A DNA stretch of 62,533 bases, counting the filler, from Dicyema japonicum (taxonomy: Eukaryota > Animalia > Dicyemida), in NCBI GenBank assembly GCA_011109175.1. It is 9 parts of 9 records of this genome, joined end to end, with 100 filler letters (N's around TTAATTAATTAA, not from the genome) between each part and the next. Parts side by side here need not be neighbours in the genome. Positions count along the whole stretch, not along the records: positions 1 to 15,550 come from RDEW01000204.1; 8 more parts are not named here. One strand, written 5' to 3'. This document shows, one piece after another, positions 1 through 15,000 of the stretch (within the stretch, counting starts at the first letter, position 1; every line of letters begins with the position of its first letter). Position numbers and translations under genes: made by a program. Below the pieces are notes generated by a model. The model was given only the letters and a program-made list of their open reading frames with translations. It did not search any database and was not told the DNA's origin.

Positions 1-3000
1 AGAAACCAATAAAAATGAGAAATTTCTTATTTCGTTAATCGCTGTGTTTTTAATTTATAGAAACCCGAAAAAAGGAAACCTCTTATTCCGTGATGTATTT
101 GTCTTTTCAGTTATTCGGAACTCATAAATATATTTTAATCTCTATTTTATTAATTGGCTGTGTTTTCAGTTTAACGTAATTTCAAAAAATGAGATGTCAT
201 ATTTCGAGAATCGGTTTGTTTATCAATTTATTGAAACACATAAAAATGAGAAATTTCGTTAATCGATGTGTTTTTAATTTATAGAAACCCGTAAAAAAGA
301 GAACATTATTCCGTGATGTATTTGTCTTTTCAGTTTTCCGAAGGTCATAAATATATTTTAATCTCTATTTTATTAATTCGCTATGTTTTTTCAGATTAAA
401 CGTATTTCATAAAATGAAGAAATGTCTTATTTCGAACTTTGTCATTTGAAGTTTACGTTTTTATTTTAACGAACACATGCGGAATATCTTATTTCGAAAT
501 CGGTTTGTTTTCAATTTATAGAAGCACAAAAACATAAGAAATTTCTTATTTCGTTAAATCTCTCTCTATTCCGTTTTTCGGCACTCAGAAAATAAGAAAT
601 CTCTATTTTATTAATTCGATGTGTTTTCCAGTTTAAAGTAATCATAAAATGAGAAATGTCTTATTTCGAGAATCGGTTTGTTTTAAATTTATAGAAACCA
701 ATAAAAATAAGTAATCTCTTATATAGTTAATCGCGGTGTTTTCAATTTATAGAAACCCGTAAAAAATGAGAAATGTCTTATTTCGAGAATCGGTTTGTTT
801 TAAATTTTATAGAAACCAATAAACATGAGAAATTTCTTATTTCGTTAATCGCTGTGTTTTTAATTTATAGAAACCCGTAAAAAGAAACATCTTATTCCGT
901 GATGTATTTGTCTTGTCAGTTATTCGAAGTCATAAATATATTTTAATCTCTATTTTATTAATTCGCTATGTTTTCAGATTAACGTATTTCATAAAATGAA
1001 AATGTCTTATTTCGAACTTTGTCATTTGAAGTTTACGTTTTTAGTTTAACGAACACATGCGGAATATCTTATTTCGAAATCGGTTTGTTTTTAATTTATA
1101 GAAGCCCATAAACATAAGAAATTTCTTATTTCGTTAAATCTCTATCTATTCCGTTTTCGGCACTCAGAAAATAAGAAATCTCTATTTTATTAATTCGCTG
1201 TGTTTTCAGTTTAAAGTAATTCATAAAATGAGAAATGTCTTATTTCGAGAATCGGTTTTTTAAAATTTATAGAAATCAATAAAAATGATAAATCTCTTAT
1301 TTCGTTAATCGCTGTGTTTTCAATTTATAGAAACCCGAAAAAAAGGAAACCTCTTATTCCGTGATGTATTTGTCTTTTCAGTTATTCCGAAGTCATAAAT
1401 ATATTTTAATCTCTATTTTATTAATTCGCTATGTTTTCAGATTAACGTATTTCATAAAATGAAATGTCTTATTTCGAACTTTGTCATTTGAAGTTTTCGT
1501 TTTTAGTTTAACGAACACATGAGGAATATCTTATTTCGAAATCGGTTTGTTTTTAATTTATAGAAACAAATAAAAATAAGCAATTTCATATTTCGTTATA
1601 TCTCTCTCTATTTCGTTTTTCGGCACTCAGAAAATAAGAAATCTCTATTTTATTAATTCGATGTGTTTTCAGTTTAAAGTAATTCATAAAATGAGAAATG
1701 TCTTATTTCGAGAATCGGTTTGTTTAAAATTTATAGAAATCAATAAAAATGAGAAATTTCTTATTTCGTTAATCGCTGTGTTTTTAATTTATAGAAATCC
1801 CGTAAAAAATGAGAAAAGTCTTATTTCGAGAATCGGTTTGTTTTAAATTTTATAGAAACCAATAAACATGAGAAATTGCTTATTTCGTTAATCGCTGTGT
1901 TTTTAATTTATAGAAACCCGTAAAAAAAGAAACATCTTATTCCGTGATGTATTTGTCTTTTCAGTTATTCCGAAGTCATAAATATATTTTAATCTCTATT
2001 TTATTAATTCGCTATGTTTTCAGATTAACGTATTTCATAAAATGAGAAATGTCTTATTTCGAACTTTGTCATTTGAAGTTTTCGTTTTTAGTTTAACGAA
2101 CACATGCGGAATATCTTATTTCGAATCTGTTTGTTTTAAATTTATAGAAACCAATAAAAATAAGAAATTTCTTATTTCGTTAAATCTCTCTCTATTCCGT
2201 TTTTCGGCACTCAGAAAATAAGAAATCTCTATTTTATTAATTCGATGTGTTTTCAGTTTAAAGTAATTCATAAAATGAGAAATGTCTTATTTCGAGAATC
2301 GGTTTGTTTTAAATTTATAGAAACCAATAAAAATGATAAATCTCTTATTTCGTTAATCGCTGTGTTTTCAATTTATAGAAACCCATAAAAAATGAGAAAT
2401 GTCTTATTTCGAGAATCGTTTGTTTTATATTTATAAAAACCAATAAAAAATGAGAAATTTCGTTAATCGATGTGTTTTTAATTATAGAAACCGTAAAAGA
2501 GAACATTATTCCGTGATGTATTTGTCTTTCAGTTATTCCGAAGTCATAAATATATTTTAATCTCTATTTTATTAATTCGCTATGTTTCAGATTAACGTAT
2601 TTCATAAAATGAAAATGTCTTATTTCGAACTTTGTCATTTGAAGTTTACGTTTTTAGTTTAACGAACACATGCGGAATATCTTATTCGAAATCGGTTTGT
2701 TTTAAATTTTATAGAAACCAATAAAAATAAGAAATTTCTTATTTCGTTAAATCTCTCTCTATCCGTGTTTCGGCACTTAGAAAATAAGAAATCTTTTTAT
2801 TAATTCGCTGTGTTTCAGTTTAACGTAATTCATAAAATGAGAAATGTCTTATTTCGAGAATCGGTTGTTTTAAATTTATAGAAACCAATAAAAATGATAG
2901 ATCTCTTATTTCGTTAATCGCTGTGTTTTCAATTTATAGAAATCCGTAAAAAATGAGAAATGTCTTATTTCGAGAATCGGTTTGTTTTATATTTATAGAA

Positions 3001-6000
3001 ACCAATAAAAATGAGAAATTTCGTTAATCGATGTGTTTTTAATTTATAGAAACCCGTAAAAAAGAGAACATTATTCCGTGATGTATTTGTCTTTTCAGTT
3101 ATTCGGAAGTCATAAAATATTTTAATCTCTATTTTATTAATTCGCTATGTTTCAGATTAACGTATTTCATAAAATGAAAATGTCTTATTTCGAACTTTGT
3201 CATTTGAAGTTTACGTTTTTAGTTTAACGAACACATGCGGAATATCTTATTTCGAAATCGTTTGTTTTAAATTTATAGAACCAATAAAAATAAGAAATTT
3301 CTTATTTCGTTAAATCTCTCTCTATTCCGTGTTTCGGCACTGAGAAAATAAGAAAACTCTTTTTATTAATTCGCTGTGTTTTCAGTTTAACGTAATTCAT
3401 AAAATGAGAAATGTCTTATTTCGAGAATCGGGTTGTTTTAAGTTTATCGAAACTCATAAAAATGAGAACTTTCTTATTCCGTTAATCGCTGTGTTTTCAA
3501 TTTACCGAAACCCGAAAAAAAGGAAACCTCTTATTCCGTGATGTATTTGTCTTTTCAGTTATTCCGAAGTCATAAATATATTTTAATCTCTATTTTATTA
3601 ATTCGCTATGTTTTCAGATTAACGTATTTCATAAAATGAGATGTCTTATTTCGAACTTTGTCATTTGAAGTTTACGTTTTTAGTTTAACGAACACATGCG
3701 GAATATCTTATTTCGAAATCGGTGTGTTTTCAATTTACCGAAACACATACAAATAAGAAATTTCTTATTCGTTAAATCGCTGTCTATTCCGTTTTTCCGG
3801 CACTCAGAAAATAAGAAATCTCTATTTTATTAATTCGATGTGTTTTCAGTTTAAAGTAATTCAAAAAATGAGAAATGTCTTATTTCGAGAATCGGGTTGT
3901 TTTAAATTTATAGAAACCAATAAAAATGAGAACTTTCTTATTTCGTTAATCGCTGTGTTTTTAATTTATAGAAACCCGTAAAAAATGAGAAATGTCTTAT
4001 TTCGAGAATCGGTTTGTTTTATATTTATAAAAACCAATAAAAATGAGAAATTTCGTTAATCGATGTGTTTTTAATTTATAGAAACCCGTAAAAAAGAGAA
4101 CATTATTCCGTGATGTATTTGTCTTTTCAGTTATTCCGAAGTCATAAATATATTTTAATCTCTATTTTATTAATTCGCTATGTTTTCAGATTAACGTATT
4201 TCATAAAATGAAAATGTCTTATTTCGAACTTTGTCATTTGAAGTTTACGTTTTTAGTTTAACGAACACATGCGGAATATCTTATTTCGAAATCGGTTTGT
4301 TTTAAATTTATAGAAACAAATAAAAATAAGAAATTTCTTATTTCGTTAAATCTCTCTCTATTCCGTTTTTCGGCACTTAGAAAATAAGAAAACTCTTTTT
4401 TATTAATTCGCTGTGTTTTCAGTTTAACGTAATTCATAAAATGAGAAATGTCTTATTTCGAGAATCGGGCTGTTTTAAATTTATAGAAACCAATAAAAAT
4501 GAGAAATTTCTTATTTCGTTAATCACTGTGTTTTTAATTTATAGAAACCCGAAAAAAGGAAACCTCTTATTCCGTGATGTATTTGTCTTTTCAGTTATTC
4601 CGAAGTCATAAATATATTTTAATCTCTATTTTATTAATTCGCTATGTTTTCAGATTAACGTATTTCATAAAATGAAAATGTCTTATTTCGAACTTTGTCA
4701 TTTGAAGTTTACGTTTTTAGTTTAACGAACACATGCGGAATATCTTATTTCGAAATCGGTTTGTTTTAAATTTATAGAAACAAATAAAAATAAGAAATTT
4801 CTTATTTCGTTAAATCTCTCTCTATTCCGTTTTTCGGCACTCAGAAAATAAGAAATCTCTATTTTATTAATTCGATGTGTTTTCAGTTTAAAGTAATTCA
4901 TAAAATGAGAAATGTCTTATTTCGAGAATCGGTTTGTTTTAAATTTATAGAAATCAATAAAAATGAGAAATTTCTTATTTCGTTAATCGCTGTGTTTTTA
5001 ATTTATAGAAATCCGTAAAAAATGAGAAAAGTCTTATTTCGAGAATCGGTTTGTTTTAAATTTTATAGAAACCAATAAACATGAGAAATTGCTTATTTCG
5101 TTAATCGCTGTGTTTTTAATTTATAGAAACCCGTAAAAAAAGAAACATCTTATTCCGTGATGTATTTGTCTTTTCAGTTATTCCGAAGTCATAAATATAT
5201 TTTAATCTCTATTTTATTAATTCGCTATGTTTTCAGATTAACGTATTTCATAAAATGAAAATGTCTTATTTCGAACTTTGTCATTTGAAGTTTACGTTTT
5301 TAGTTTAACGAACACATGCGGAATATCTTATTTCGAAATCGGTTTGTTTTAAATTTATAGAAACCAATAAAAATAAGAAATTTCTTATTTCGTTAAATCT
5401 CTCTCTATTCCGTGTTTCGGCACTTAGAAAATAAGAAAACTCTTTTTTATTAATTCGCTGTGTTTTCAGTTTAACGTAATTCATAAATGAGAAATGTCTT
5501 ATTCGAGAATCGGGCTGTTTTAAATTTATAGAAACCAATAAAAATGATAAATCTCTTATTTCGTTAATCACTGTGTTTTTAATTTATAGAAACCCGAAAA
5601 AGGAAACCTCTTATTCCGTGATGTATTTGTCTTTTCAATTATTCGGAACTCATAAATATATTTTAATCTCTATTTTATTAATTCGCTATGTTTTCAAATT
5701 AACGTATTTCATAAAATGAAAATGTCTTATTTCGAACTTTGTCATTTGAAGTTTACGTTTTTAGTTTAACGAACACATGCGGAATATCTTATTTCGAAAT
5801 CGGTTTGTTTTAAATTTATAGAAACAAATAAAATAAGAAATTTCTTATTTCGTTAAATCGCTGTCTTTCCGTTTTTCGGAAATCAAAAAATGAGAAATCT
5901 CCTATTTATTAATTTGCTGTATTTTCAGTTTAACGAAATTCATAAAATGAGATATATCTTATTTCGTGAATGGGTTTGTATTAAATTTATTGAAACCAAT

Positions 6001-9000
6001 AGAAATGAGAAATCTCTTATTTAGTTAATCACTGTCTTTTCAGTTTAACGAAACTTATACAAATGAGAAATATCTTATTTCGTGAATCGGTTTGTATTAA
6101 ATTTTATTGAAACTAATAAAAATAAGAATTTTCTTATTTCCTTAATCGCTGTGTTTTAATTTAAAGAAACCCGTAAAAAAAGAAACCTCTTATTCCGTGA
6201 TGTATTTGTCTTTTCAGTTATTCGGAACTCATAAATATATTTTAATCTCTATTTTATTAATTCCCTGTGTTTTCAGATTAACGTATTTCATAAAACGAGA
6301 AATGTCTTATTTCGAACTTTGTCATTTGAAGTTTAGGTTTTTTTAGTTTAACGAACACATGCGGAATATCTTATTTCGAAATCGGTTTGTTTTCAATTTA
6401 TAGAAGCCCATAAACATAAGAAATTTCTTATTTCGTTAAATCGCTGTCTATTCCGTTTTTTGGTACTCAGAAAATAAGAAATCTCTATTTTATTAATTCG
6501 CTGTGTTTTCAGTTTAAAGTAATTCATAAAATGAGAAATGTCTTATATCATGATTCGGTTTGTTTTCAATTTATAGAAACCCGTAAACATAAGAAATTTG
6601 TTATATCATGATTCGGTTTGTTTTCAATTTATAGAAACCCATAAACATAAGAAATATTTTATATCATGATTCGGTTTGTTTTCAAATTTATAGAAACACA
6701 TAAAAATAAGCAATTTCATATTTCGTTAAATCGCTCTCTATTCCGTTTTTCGGAAATCAGAAATAAGAAATCTCTATTTTATTAATTCGCTGTGTTTTCA
6801 GTTTAACGTAATTCATAAAATGAGAAATGTCTTATTTCGTGAATCGGTTTGTTTTAAATTTATAGAAACCAATAAAAATAAGAAATCTCTTATTTCGTTA
6901 ATCGCTGTGTTTTCAATTTATAGAAACCCGTAAAAAAGGAAACCTCTTATTCCGTGATGTATTTGTCTTTTCTGTTATTCCGAAGTCATAAATATAAGAA
7001 ATCTCTATTTTATTAATTCGCTGAGTTTTCAGTTTAACGTAATTCATAAAATGAGAAATCTCTTATTTCGAGAATCGTTTGTTTTATATTTATAGAAACC
7101 AATAAAATGAGAAATTTCGTTAATCGATGTGTTTTTAATTTATAGAAACCCATAAAAAGAGAACATTATTCCGTGATGTATTTGTCTTTTCAGTTATTCC
7201 GAAGTCATAAATATATTTTAATCTCTATTTTATTAATTCGCTATGTTTCAGATTAACGTATTTCATAAAATGAAAATGTCTTATTTCGAACTTTGTCATT
7301 TGAAGTTTACGTTTTTAGTTTAACGAACACATGCGGAATATCTTATTTCGAAATCGGTTTGTTTTAAATTTATAGAAACAAATAAAAATAAGAAATTTTC
7401 TTATTTCGTTAAATCTCTGTCTATTCCGTTTTTCGGCACTCAGAAAATAAGAAATCTCTATTTTATTAATTCGATGTGTTTTCAGTTTAAAGTAATTCAT
7501 AAAATGAGAAATGTCTTATTTCGAGAATCGGTTTGTTTTAAATTTATAGAAACCAATAAAAATGAGAAATTTCTTATTTCGTTAATCGCTGTGTTTTTAA
7601 TTTATAGAAACCCGTAAAAAATGAGAAATGTCTTATTTCGAGAATCGGTTTGTTTTAAATTTTATAGAAACCAATAAACATGAGAAATTTCTTATTTCGT
7701 TAATCGCTGTGTTTTTAATTTATAGAAACCCGTAAAAAAGGAAACCTCTTATTCCGTGATGTATTTGTCTTTTCAGTTATTCCGAAGTCATAAATATATT
7801 TTAATCTCAATTTTATTAATTCCCTGTGTTTTCAGATTAACGTATTTCATAAAACGAAAATGTCTTATTTCGAACTTTGTCATTTGAAGTTTACGTTTTA
7901 TGTTTAACGAACACATGCGGAATATCTTATTTCGAAATCGGTTTGTTTTAAATTGATAGAAACCAATAAAAATAAGAAATTTCTTATTTCGTTAAATCTC
8001 TGTCTATTCCGTTTTTTTGTACTCAGAAAATAAGAAATCTCTATTTTATTAATTCGCTGTGTTTTCAGTTTAACGTAATTCATAAAACGAGAAATGTCTT
8101 ATTTCGAGAATCGGTTTGTTTTAAATTAATAGAAACCAATAAACATGAGAAATTTCTTATTTTGTTAATCGCTGTGTTTTTAATTTATAGAAACCCGTAA
8201 AACAGGAAACCTCTTATTCCATGATGTATTTGTCTTTTCAGTTATTCCGAAGTCATAAATATATTTTAATCTCAATTTTATTAATTCCCTGTGTTTTCAG
8301 ATTAACGTATTTCATAAAACGAGAAATGTCTTATTTCGAACTTTGTCATTGAAGTTTCGTTTTTAGTTTAACGAACACATGCGGAATATCTTATTTCGAA
8401 TCGTTTGTTTTCAATTTATAGAAACACATAAAAATAAGAAATTTCTTATTTGTTAAATCTCTCTCTATTCCGTTTTTCGGAACTCAGAAAATAAGAAATC
8501 TCTATTTATTAATTCGCTGTGTTTTCAGTTAAAGTAATTCATAAAATGAGAATGTCTTATTTCGAGAATCGGTTTGTTTTAAATTTATAGAAACTAATAA
8601 AAATGATAAATCTCTTATTTCGTTAATCGCTGTCTTTTCAATTTATAGAAACCCGTAAAAAATGAGAAATGTCTTATTTCGAGAATCGGTTTGTTTTATA
8701 TTTATAAAAACCAATAAAAATGAGAAAATTTCGTTAATCGATGTGTTTTTAATTTATAGAAACCCGTAAAAAAGAGAACATTATTCCGTGATGTATTTGT
8801 CTTTTCAGTTATTCGGAACTCATAATATATTTTAATCTCTATTTTATTAATTCTCTGTGTTTTCAGTTTAACGTATTTCATAAAATGAAAATGTCTTATT
8901 TCGAACTTGTCATTTGAAGTTTACGTTTTTAGTTTAACGAACACATGCGGAATATCTTATTTCGAAATCGGTTTGTTTTAAATTATAGAAACCAATAAAA

Positions 9001-12000
9001 ATAATAAATCTCTTATTTCGTTAATTCGCTGTCTTTTCAGTTTTTCGGCACTCAGAAAATAAGAAATCTCTATTTTATTAATTCGATGTGTTTTCAGTTT
9101 AAAGTAATTCATAAAATGAGAAATGTCTTATTTCGAGAATCGGTTTGTTTTAAATTTTATAGAAACCAATAAACATGAGAAATTGCTTATTTCGTTAATC
9201 GCTGTGTTTTTAATAGAAACCCGTAAAAAAAGAAACATCTTATTCCGTGATGTATTTGTCTTTTCAGTTATTCGAACTCATAAAAATGATAAATCTCTAT
9301 TTTGTTAATTCGCTGTCTTTTCAGATTACGTATTTCATAAAATTGAGAAATGTTTTATTTCGAACTTTGTCATTTGAAGTTTCGTTTTTAGTTTAACGAA
9401 CACATGAGGAATATCTTATTTCGAAATCGGTTTGTTTTAAATTTATAGAAACAAATAAAATAAGAAATTTCTTATTTTGTTATATCTCTCTCTATTTCGT
9501 TTTTCGGCACTCAGAAAAATAAGAAATCTCTATTTTATTAATTCGATGTGTTTTTCAGTTTAAAGTAATTCATAAAATGAGAAATGTCTTATTTCGAGAA
9601 TCGGTTTGTTTTAAATTTATAGAAAACCAATAAAATGATAAATCTCTTATTTCGTTAATCGCTGTTTTTTCAATTTATAGAAACCCGTAAAAAATGATAA
9701 ATGTCTTATTTCATGATTCGGTTTGTTTTAAATTTTATAGAAACCCATAAACATGATAAATCTCTTATTTCGTTAATCGCTGTGTTTTCAATTTATAGAA
9801 ACCCGTAAAAAAGAAACATCTTATTCCGTGATGTATTTGTCTTTTCAGTTATTCGGAACTCATAAATATATTTTAATCTCTATTTTATTAATTCGCTATG
9901 TTTTCAGATTAACGTATTTCATAAAATGAAAATGTCTTATTTCGAACTTTGTCATTTGAAGTTTTACGTTTTTAGTTTAACGAACACATGCGGAATATCT
10001 TATTTCGAATCGGTTTGTTTTAAATTTATAGAAACAATAAAAATAGAAATTTCTTATTCGTTAAAATCTCTCTCTAATTCGTTTTTCGGCACTCAGAAAA
10101 TAAGAAATCTCTATTTTATTAATTCGCTGTGTTTTTCAGTTTAAAGAAATTCATAAAATGAGAAATGTCTTATTTCGTGAAACTGTTTGTTTTAAATTTA
10201 TAGAAACCAATAAAATGAGAAATCTCTTATTCATTAATCGCTGTGTTTTAATTTAAAGAAATTCATAAAATGAGAAATGTCTTATTTCGTGAAATCGGTT
10301 TGTTTTAAATTTTATCGAAACCAATAAAAATGAGAAATTGCTTATTCGTTAATCGCTGTGTTTTCAATTTATAGAAACCCATAAAAAAACATCTATTCCG
10401 TGATGTATTTGTCTTTTCAGTTATTCGGAACTCATAAATATATTTTAATCTCTATTTATTAATTCGCTATGTTTTCAGATTAACGTATTTCATAAAATGA
10501 GAAATGTCTTATTTCGAACTTTGTCATTTGAAGTTTACGTTTTTAGTTTAACGAACACATGCGGATATCTTATTTCGTGAATCTGTTTGTTTTAAATTAT
10601 AGAAACCAATAAAAAAAGAAATTTCTTATTTCGTAAATCTCTCTCTATTCCGTGTTTCGGCACTGAGAAAATAAGAAACTCTTATTTATTAATTTGCTGT
10701 GTTTTCACTTTACCGAAACTTTTAAAATGAGAAATATCTTATTTCATGAATGGGTTTGTATTTAATTTATAGAAACCAATAAAAATAAGAAATTTCTTAT
10801 TTCGTTAATCGCTGTGTTTTTAATTTATAGAAACCCGAAAAAAAGGAAACCTCTTATTCCGTGATGTATTTGTCTTTTCAGTTATTCCGAAGTCATAAAT
10901 ATATTTTAATCTCTATTTTATTAATTCGCTATGTTTTCAGTTTAACGTAATTCAAAAAATGAGAAATGTCATATTTCGAGAATCGGTTTGTTTTATATTT
11001 ATAGAAACCAATAAAAATGAGAAATTTCGTTAATCGATGTGTTTTTAATTTATAGAAACCCGTAAAAAAGAGAACATTATTCCGTGATGTATTTGTCTTT
11101 TCAGTTATTCCGAAGTCATAAATATATTTTAATCTCTATTTTATTAATTCGCTATGTTTTCAGATTAACGTATTTCATAAAATGAAGATGTCTTATTTCG
11201 AACTTTGTCATTTGAAGTTTACGTTTTTAGTTTAACGAACACATGCGGAATATCTTATTTCGAAATCGGTTTGTTTTCAATTTATAGAAACCCATAAAAA
11301 TAAGAAATTTCTTATTTCGTTAAATCGCTGTCTTTTCAGTTTTTTGGAACTCAGAAAATAAGAAATCTCTATTTTATTAATTCGCTGTGTTTTCAGCTTA
11401 ACGTAATTTATAAAATAAGAAATGTCTTATTTCGTGAATCGGTTTGTTTTAAATTTATAGAAACCAATAAAAAAAAGAAAATACTTATTTCGTTAATCGC
11501 TGTGTTTTTAATTCATTGAAACCCGTAAAAAAGGAAACCTCTTATTTTGTGCAGTAGTTGTCTTTTCAGTTATTCCGAACTTATAAATATATTTTAATCT
11601 CTATTTTATTAATTCCCTGTGTTTTCAGTTTAACGTATTTCATAAAACGAGAAATGTCTTATTTCGAACTTTGTCATTTGAAGTTTAGGTTTTATGTTTA
11701 ACGAACACATGCGGAATATCTTATTTCGAAATCGGTTTGTTTTAAATTTATAGAAACCAATAAAAATAAGAAATTTCTTATTTCGTTAATCGCTGTGTTT
11801 TTAATTTATAGAAACCCGTAAAAAATGAGAAATGTCTTATTTCGAGAATCGGTTTGTTTTAAATTTATAGAAACCAATAAAAATGAGAAATTTCTTATTT
11901 CGTTAATCGCTGTGTTTTTAATTTATAGAAACCCGAAAAAAAGGAAACCTCTTATTCCGTGATGTATTTGTCTTTTCAGTTATTCCGAAGTCATAAATAT

Positions 12001-15000
12001 ATTTTAATCTCTATTTTATTAATTCGCTATGTTTTCAGTTTAACGTAATTCAAAAAATGAGAAATGTCATATTTCGAGAATCGGTTTGTTTTATATTTAT
12101 AGAAACCAATAAAAATGAGAAATTTCGTTAATCGCTGTGTTTTTAATTTATAGAAACCCGTAAAAAAGGAAACATTATTCCGTGATGTATTTGTCTTTTC
12201 AGTTATTCCGAAGTCATAAATATATTTTAATCTCTATTTTATTAATTCCCTGTGTTTTCAGATTAACGTATTTCATAAAATGAGAAATGTCTTATTTCGA
12301 ACTTTGTCATTTGAACTTTACGTTTTTTGTTTAACGAACACATGCGGAATATCTTATTTCGAAATCTGTTTGTTTTAAATTTATAGAAACCAATAAAAAT
12401 AAGAAATTTCTTATTTCGTTAATCGCTGTGTTTTTAATTTATAGAAATCCGTAAAAAATGAGAAAAGTCTTATTTCGAGAATCGGTTTGTTTTAAATTTA
12501 TAGAAACCAATAAAAATGAGAAATTTCTTATTTCGTTAATCGCTGTGTTTTTAATTTATAGAAACCCGAAAAAAAGGAAACCTCTTATTCCGTGATGTAT
12601 TTGTCTTTTCAGTTATTCCGAAGTCATAAATATATTTTAATCTCTATTTTATTAATTCGCTATGTTTTCAGTTTAACGTAATTCAAAAAATGAGAAATGT
12701 CATATTTCGAGAATCGGTTTGTTTTATATTTATAGAAACCAATAAAAATGAGAAATTTCGTTAATCGCTGTGTTTTTAATTTATAGAAACCCGTAAAAAA
12801 GGAAACATTATTCCATGATGTATTTGTCTTTTCAGTTATTCCGAAGTCATAAATATATTTTAATCTCTATTTTATTAATTCGCTATGTTTTCAGTTTAAC
12901 GTATTTCATAAAATGAGAAATGTCTTATTTCGAACTTTGTCATTTGAAGCTTACGTTTTCAGTTTAACGAACACATGCGGAATATCTTATTTCGTGAATG
13001 GGTTTGTATTAAATTTATAGAAACCAATAAAAATAAGAAATTTCTTATTTCGTTAAATCGCTGTCTTTTCCGTTTTTCGGTAATCAAAAAATAAGAAATC
13101 TGTATTTAATTAATTCGCTGTGTTTCCAGTTGCACGAAATTCATAAAATGAGAAATGTCTTATTTCGTGAATTGGTTTGTATTAAATTTATCGAAACCAA
13201 TAGAAATGAGAAATTTCTTATTTAGTTAATCGCTGTGTTTTCAATTAATAGAAACCCGTAAAAAATGAGAAATGTCTTATTTCGTGAAACTGTTTGTTTT
13301 AAATTTTATAGAAACCAATAAAAATGAGAAATTTCTTATTTCGTTAATCGCTGTGTTTTTAATTTATAGAAACCCGTAAAAAAGGAAACATCTTATTCCG
13401 TGATGTATTTGTCTTTTCAGTTATTCCGAAGTCATAAATATATTTTAATCTCTATTTTATTAATTCGCTATGTTTTCAGATTAACGTATTTCATAAAATG
13501 AAAATGTCTTATTTCGAACTTTGTCATTTGAAGTTTACGTTTTTAGTTTAACGAACACATGCGGAATATCTTATTTCGAAATCGGTTTGTTTTAAATTTA
13601 TAGAAACAAATAAAAATAAGAAATTTCTTATTTCGTTAAATCTCTCTCTATTCCGTTTTTCGGCACTCAGAAAATAAGAAATCTCTTTTTTATTAATTCG
13701 CTGTGTTTTCAGTTTAACGAAATTCATAAAATGAGAAATATCTTATTTCGAGAATCGGGCTGTTTTAAATTTATAGAAACCAATAAAAATGAGAAATTTC
13801 TTATTTCGTTAATCACTGTGTTTTTAATTTATAGAAACCCGAAAAAAAGGAAACCTCTTATTCCGTGATGTATTTGTCTTTTCAGTTATTCCGAAGTCAT
13901 AAATATATTTTAATCTCTATTTTATTAATTCGCTATGTTTTCAGATTAACGTATTTCATAAAATGAAAATGTCTTATTTCGAACTTTGTCATTTGAAGTT
14001 TACGTTTTAGTTTAACGAACACATGCGGAATATCTTATTTCGAAATCGGTTTGTTTTAAATTTATAGAAACAAATAAAAATAAGAAATTTCTTATTTCGT
14101 TAAATCGCTGTCTTTTCCGTTTTTCGGCACTCAGAAAATAAGAAATCTCTATTTTATTAATTCGCTGTGTTTTCAGTTTAACGTAATTCATAAAATGAGA
14201 AATGTCTTATTTCGTGAATCGGTTTGTTTTAAATTTATAGAAACCAATAAAAATGAGAAATTTCTTATTTCGTTAATCGCTGTGTTTTTAATTTATAGAA
14301 ATCCGTAAAAAATGAGAAATGTCTTATTTCGAGAATCGGTTTGTTTTAAATTTTATAAATTTATAGAAACCCGTAAAAAAGGAAACATCTTATTCCGTGA
14401 TGTATTTGTCTTTTCAGTTATTCCGAAGTCATAAATATATTTTAATCTCTATTTTAATTAATTCGCTATGTTTTCAGATTAACGTATTTCATAAAATGAG
14501 AAATGTCTTATTTCGAACTTTGTCATTTGAAGTTTACGTTTTTAGTTTAACGAACACATGCGGAATATCTTATTTCGTGAATCTGTTTGTTTTAAATTTA
14601 TAGAAACCAATAAAAATAAGAAATTTCTTATTTCGTTAAATCTCTCTCTATTCCGTGTTTCGGCACTTAGAAAATAAGAAAACTCTTTTTTATTAATTCG
14701 CTGTGTTTTCAGTTTAACGTAATTCATAAAATGAGAAATGTCTTATTTCGAGAATCGGTTTGTTTTAAATTTATAGAAACCAATAAAAATGAGAAATTTC
14801 TTATTTCGTTAATCGCTGTGTTTTTAATTTATAGAAACCCGAAAAACAGGAAACCTCTTATTCCATGATGTATTTGTCTTTTCAGTTATTCCGAAGTCAT
14901 AAATATATTTTAATCTCTATTTTATTAATTCCCTGTGTTTTCAGATTAACGTATTTCATAAAACGAAAATGTCTTATTTCGAACTTTGTCATTTGAAGTT

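Noticed and set aside
3419-3432. CENP-B box-like TTCG...CGGG in the satellite
   Set aside because: Spacing is 5 nt (TTCG-AGAAT-CGGG), whereas the functional box needs 7 with a fixed A; most copies have CGGT.
1661-14727. Short ORFs inside the satellite
   Set aside because: Chance translations of the repeat; the same peptides recur with the monomers and have no coding signature.
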